Shown piece by piece: positions 63,270 through 64,000 of a stretch of DNA of 64,000 nt. The notes under the pieces were generated by a model, which made no database searches, was not told where the DNA came from, and saw nothing but the letters and a program-made list of their open reading frames with translations. The DNA comes from Callorhinchus milii (lineage: Eukaryota), in the NCBI RefSeq assembly GCF_018977255.1, contig NW_024704742.1:125428001-125492000 (forward strand), given 5' to 3'. The translations under genes and the position numbers were made by a program. The first letter of the stretch is position 1; each line of letters begins with the position of its first letter.

Positions 63270-63400
63270 AGTGATCCGATTGGGAATTTTCCTTTAATCC
63301 CATCGCGATCTGCTGTCCCCGCTTCTCAGCTCCAATAACACTAATGCACCGCCCTTATTGGCTGCATTAGACAGATGTCCCTTCTCAAATCCGATTGCCA
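63270..63400. promoter_or_regulatory. Promoter-like motif cluster
   Basis: CCAAT/ATTGG at 63279, 63332 and 63357; CCGCCC at 63349; GGGAATTTTCC at 63282; CpG visibly more frequent from here to the window end. Confidence 0.45.
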
Positions 63401-64000
63401 GTAATACTTTCACTCGTATTAAACGCAGACACCTCCTTTTACTTTTTTTAAAAAAAATAACATTGATACAGTGGCACACACAGCTGGGCAGTGTTCGTTT
63501 ATTAAAGTGCACAGAGGCATTTCACCCCCACCGCACACAGCGATTCTGCAGATCAAATCCACATCACACCGTTTACTAATGCAAAGCCCCCAAAAGCGGT
63601 CATTTTGTTTCCATGTAAAATGTCGTGGGATATCAGTCGAATACAATTGCTAAATATTTCAATGGCAAAACGCTGGGGTTGCACAAAATACGTCGCAATC
63701 AATACAAACGATTTTTTAAAAAAAATTCTAACAATTACCTGTGTACATATTGCATCTGAATTGGAAAACGCCACTTTGTTATGTGAAATGATGGGATTTG
63801 CTCTCCTCTTAAATCGTGGGCACATTTTACCACATGCAAATAATGTCGTAACTCGTAATGCATCGGATAAACTTCCAAATGAATGTACCAATGGGTAAAA
63901 CAGCGAGACATAGAAGGGTGAGATACATCACAGGGTTTATGTAACAAGAGGTTGCAACGCTTATTATGGTGTTAAATTTCATCAAACGCATTCAAATAAT

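Noticed and set aside
1..64000. CRISPR-like or prokaryotic systems suggested by recurring tail motifs
   Set aside because: The repeats are dispersed SINE/LINE ends in both orientations with irregular spacing in eukaryotic DNA.

Overview
Repeat-dense, AT-rich vertebrate genomic DNA that reads as intronic or intergenic. The repeat content points to a cartilaginous fish, possibly a chimaera such as Callorhinchus; this is an inference from the repeat families. No recognisable host protein-coding gene is present, and the protein-like ORFs in the track are L2 or CR1 LINE remnants. The window is dominated by two tRNA-derived SINE families with an L2-type 3' tail, several L2 LINE fragments (one retaining a YADD reverse-transcriptase motif) and CR1 3' ends. 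Less ordinary signals: palindromic elements carrying a minimal hammerhead-ribozyme motif (intact at 854-890), an old ~835-bp foldback element, a Helitron-like element, an unclassified ~350-bp dispersed repeat, several fold-back or template-switch structures, a degenerate ~50-bp minisatellite beside a CCAAT/GC-box promoter-like region near 63.3 kb, and candidate minus-strand exons with compatible phases. Repeat boundaries were read by eye and are approximate.
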